Source: Selaginella moellendorffii
Taxonomy: Eukaryota; Plantae; Lycopodiophyta
DNA: 64,000 nt
Direction of reading: 5' to 3'
NCBI RefSeq assembly: GCF_000143415.4
Contig: NW_003314424.1
Location: 157,647-221,646, forward strand
Both the position numbers and the translations under genes were made by a program. Shown piece after piece: positions 61,140 through 64,000 of the stretch. The notes under the pieces are model-generated. The model worked only from the letters and a program-made list of their open reading frames with translations, ran no database searches and was not told where the DNA came from. Within the stretch, counting starts at the first letter, position 1. Every line of letters starts with the position of its first letter.

Positions 61140-62341
61140 CATTAGAGAGTAACTGAGGATATAAGATTGCACTGCCTGAGCAAAGCCAGGCTTGTACGAG
61201 AAGAGCAGCCCACGGAAGAGCTTCCCATCGATGGAGGCTTCTACGTGTATCCGTAGTTGAATACGTCGCTTACTCTAGCCTCGAACATTTTCTTGCCTAG
61301 TGGCTGAATGTGAGCTTGAAACTCTGTAGCATGAGTTTGACAGAGAAAATTTGGAGAGGTCCAAGGTTTTCTGCAGATACCTCCGTGAGATGAAACCAAG
61401 CTCTTGTCCGCATCCCGTTGCTTGTCTAGCACGAATGGCGTGGCACGATCTCTTAAGTTCCTTACGCATGGGTAGCTTTGGTTCTGATGGATCTTTCTCC
61501 CTCATCATCTTTTCACAGAAAAACGGCAACCATATTGTCAGCAGCAATGTCAATAAAAGAAGAAGCCAACCTGTGTCGACGAAATACATGTCATCCAGAG
61601 CTTCAAGCTCTTCGTTACATCCCCCATAGAAGAATAATATGCCTCGCTCTGCGTTCACCAGCTCTTGGCATCAGCTCGGCACCAGTCGTCTTTACCTCCT
61701 GCCATGCCATTGTTTCTGGAAACACAAATGAATTCGCAAGTTTAAAACCAGCACAATGTATGTACCTGTGTCCAGAATATGAATGTCATATAGATAGGCA
61801 TTACCACCGTTCTCACCACCCATGACAATGCAACAGTTCTTATAGGAAGAGTAGGTATGGATATCCCAAGGAATAGGCAAGACTCCAGTGGTAGAAATCT
61901 TCTTCCAGACAAAAGTATCTACAGGAAAAAAAAGAGTTTAGAAGAAAACCAGGAAAGATAACAGGATATTACTCGTGTTCAAACCATGGAGGTCGTTGTA
62001 GTACTCCTCCTCTGAGGGATCGCTGGATTTCCCACATCCCCCATACACGAACAGGTTGTCACCGATGAGAGATGCGCTATGTCCTTCTCTCGGAGCAGGA
62101 ACATCACCAAAAACGTCAGGTTTCCCCCAGGTGTTGGTAGCTGCATCGGAAGATAAGAACAAGAAAAAAAAAATCGATAGAACTCGCTTACCAGTATCCA
62201 AAACAAAGAGATCGTCTAGCGGGCTGGTTCCATCAGTACCACCAAACACATAGAGCTTAGACCCGACGGCCGTGGAGCTGTGGCTGTCCCGAGGAGAAGG
62301 GTGCGTTCTTTTCATCACAGGCTTGCTCCAGGTGTACGTCC
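61140..62341 (-). pseudogene. Captured kelch-repeat gene fragment
   Basis: PSPRDSHSSTAVGSKLYVFGG, PAPREGHSASLIGDNLFVYGG, IDGKLFRGLLF; introns retained, N-terminus missing, in-frame stop. Confidence 0.85.
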
Positions 62342-62777
62342 CTGCACGATCCCACCAAAACATGATCAAAACCATATTTTCGGTTGAATAGCGAAGAGCA
62401 AGAAAGTGAAAAACCTTGATTCTAGTCGTGGTTCCAGCCTCGAGAACCTGGAACAAACAGAGACTCGAAAAAAGAATAGCGACGAGCAAGAGAGTGAAGA
62501 ACCTTGATTCTAGTCGTCGATGACAACGTGAATCCCCTCGTTGTCTGAGACGTCGTCCCTGTCGTGCGCTCCATCAGAGCCTCTTCGCCTTTCACTCCCA
62601 ATCCTCATCACATTTCCGACGTCGATCTACCAAATGCACCTGCGCAGGCGGATGCCGGCGGATTTGTTCCCCGCGTAAGTCTGGAAGGCGTCGAGCCTGT
62701 TCTCGCTGATCATCGAGCACAACTATGGTGACACAGAGAAAGCCGTGAGCCTCTCAAACCTTTCCAAACAGAGAAAC

Positions 62778-62781
<4 letters not shown>

Positions 62782-62811
<30 letters not shown>
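62782..62811. repeat. (GA)n microsatellite
   Basis: Direct reading. Confidence 0.9.
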
Positions 62812-62813
<2 letters not shown>

Positions 62814-63009
62814 CCTTCCCGCAAGCGGTGATTGACGCTCTCTCCTCATGCTCACGCGCCCTAAAAGAGAATTGAAATTTTTTATGATCCCAAAAGTCAG
62901 GGCTCTTCATTGTTTAATCTCAGCCGTTAGATTTTGGCATATGCCCAGAATAAGTGTCGCCAGTATATGCTATTATTATACTGGCTCTTTATGAGTATGA
63001 TGATGATGA

Positions 63010-64000
63010 CTAGCAAAAGTCCCAGCTACGCTGGGAGCATTGTGTTTATTTCTGATATTTTAATAATTTCAAAGAGTTGTAAGCGTAATTGTAAATTTTA
63101 ACATAATCATAATTATAAGATATATAGTTAAACATAACATAATATTTACATTAAAAATATCTTCAACAATTGACTCCATCACCAACAAACATTATAACAT
63201 AATAAATATAACTCAGTACATTATATTATATTTAAAATTCTGATTGTTGACTGAAGTCTTGGATATTCTATAAATGGAATTTCTCACTGTGGGATCCCAT
63301 GGCCAGATGAGTCATTTTTTATTAACTAATTTTTTCTTTTATTTGAAATCTCTATATAATTGATAAAAATCTTATTATTTGATGATTTATTAAACTATAT
63401 AATTTCTCCTCTTAATAAAGTATGTGTTACTTAGGTACACTCATTATAAATATAATATTTATAATGAAAGTTCCTTTTACATAATATATGTTTATTATAT
63501 GTTTACGTCGGGTTTCCCCCAGGTGTTGGTAGCTGCATTGGATGATAAGAAGAAAAAAATTTTGATAGAACTCGCTTACCAGTATCCAAAACAAAGAGAT
63601 CATCTAGCGGGCTGGTTCCATCGGTACCACCAAACACATAGAGCTTAGACCCGACGGCCGTGGAGCTGTGGCTGTCCCGAGGAGAAGGGTGTGTTCTTTT
63701 CATCACAGGCTTGCTCCAGGTGTACGTCCCTGCACGATCCCACCAAAACATGATCAAAACTATATTTTCGGTTGAATAGCGAAGAGCAAGAAAGTGAAAA
63801 ACCTTGATTCTAGTCGTGGTTCCAGCCTCGAGAACCTGGAACAAACAGAGACTCGAAAAAAGAATAGCGACGAGCAAGAGAGTGAAGAACCTTGATTCTA
63901 GTCGTCGATGACAACGTGAATCCCCTCGTTGTCTGAGACGTCGTCCCTGTCGTGCGCTCCATCAGAGCCTCTTCGCCTTTCACTCCCAATCCTCATCACA
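63010..64000 (-). mobile_element. Second Helitron, 3' portion, directly abutting the first
   Basis: CTAG at 63010-63013, hairpin tcccagc-tac-gctggga at 63020-63036; 63505-64000 nearly duplicates 62113-62612. Confidence 0.8.

Larger units (their letters stand above)
55000..63009 (-). mobile_element. Non-autonomous Helitron, about 8 kb, with captured gene fragments
   Basis: On the - strand: 5' TCATCATCATCATACTCATAAAG at 63009; 3' hairpin cccagc-nnn-gctggg (55011-55025) then CTAG|T at 55000; carries an RPA70-like gene; no Rep/helicase seen. Confidence 0.85.

Overview
Eukaryotic plant nuclear DNA. The 45-80 nt introns, tightly packed genes and PLS-type PPR genes and fragments point to a lycophyte such as Selaginella (inference). 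There are three zones. (1) 1-4,000: decayed fragments, namely a PPR tail, a DXR pseudogene and a fungal/Crinkler-like P-loop NTPase pseudogene; a clean 375-bp inversion has scrambled the last two. (2) 4,042-33,240: a gene-dense block with NMCP1/CRWN, tRNA ligase, PR-1, a PLS PPR, a 3-exon phytosulfokine-like peptide gene ending DYIYDVDP that the ORF track misses, PPR5-like, eIF3e, cyanase, a YSL transporter, a PYL ABA receptor, class II KNOX and an intronless fungal-type carboxylesterase. (3) 33,300-64,000: a transposon nest. It holds a CACTA remnant, a TRIM, two chromovirus Ty3/Gypsy copies, three copies of a small LTR element with a 5S-rRNA-like core (Cassandra-like), and two head-to-tail Helitrons carrying RPA70-like, LAF3 and kelch fragments. 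Best novelty candidates are the PSK-like precursor with a non-canonical YIYDV peptide and the 5S-bearing TRIM. Family assignments rest on motif recognition from memory; no searches were run. Exon boundaries were read by eye.
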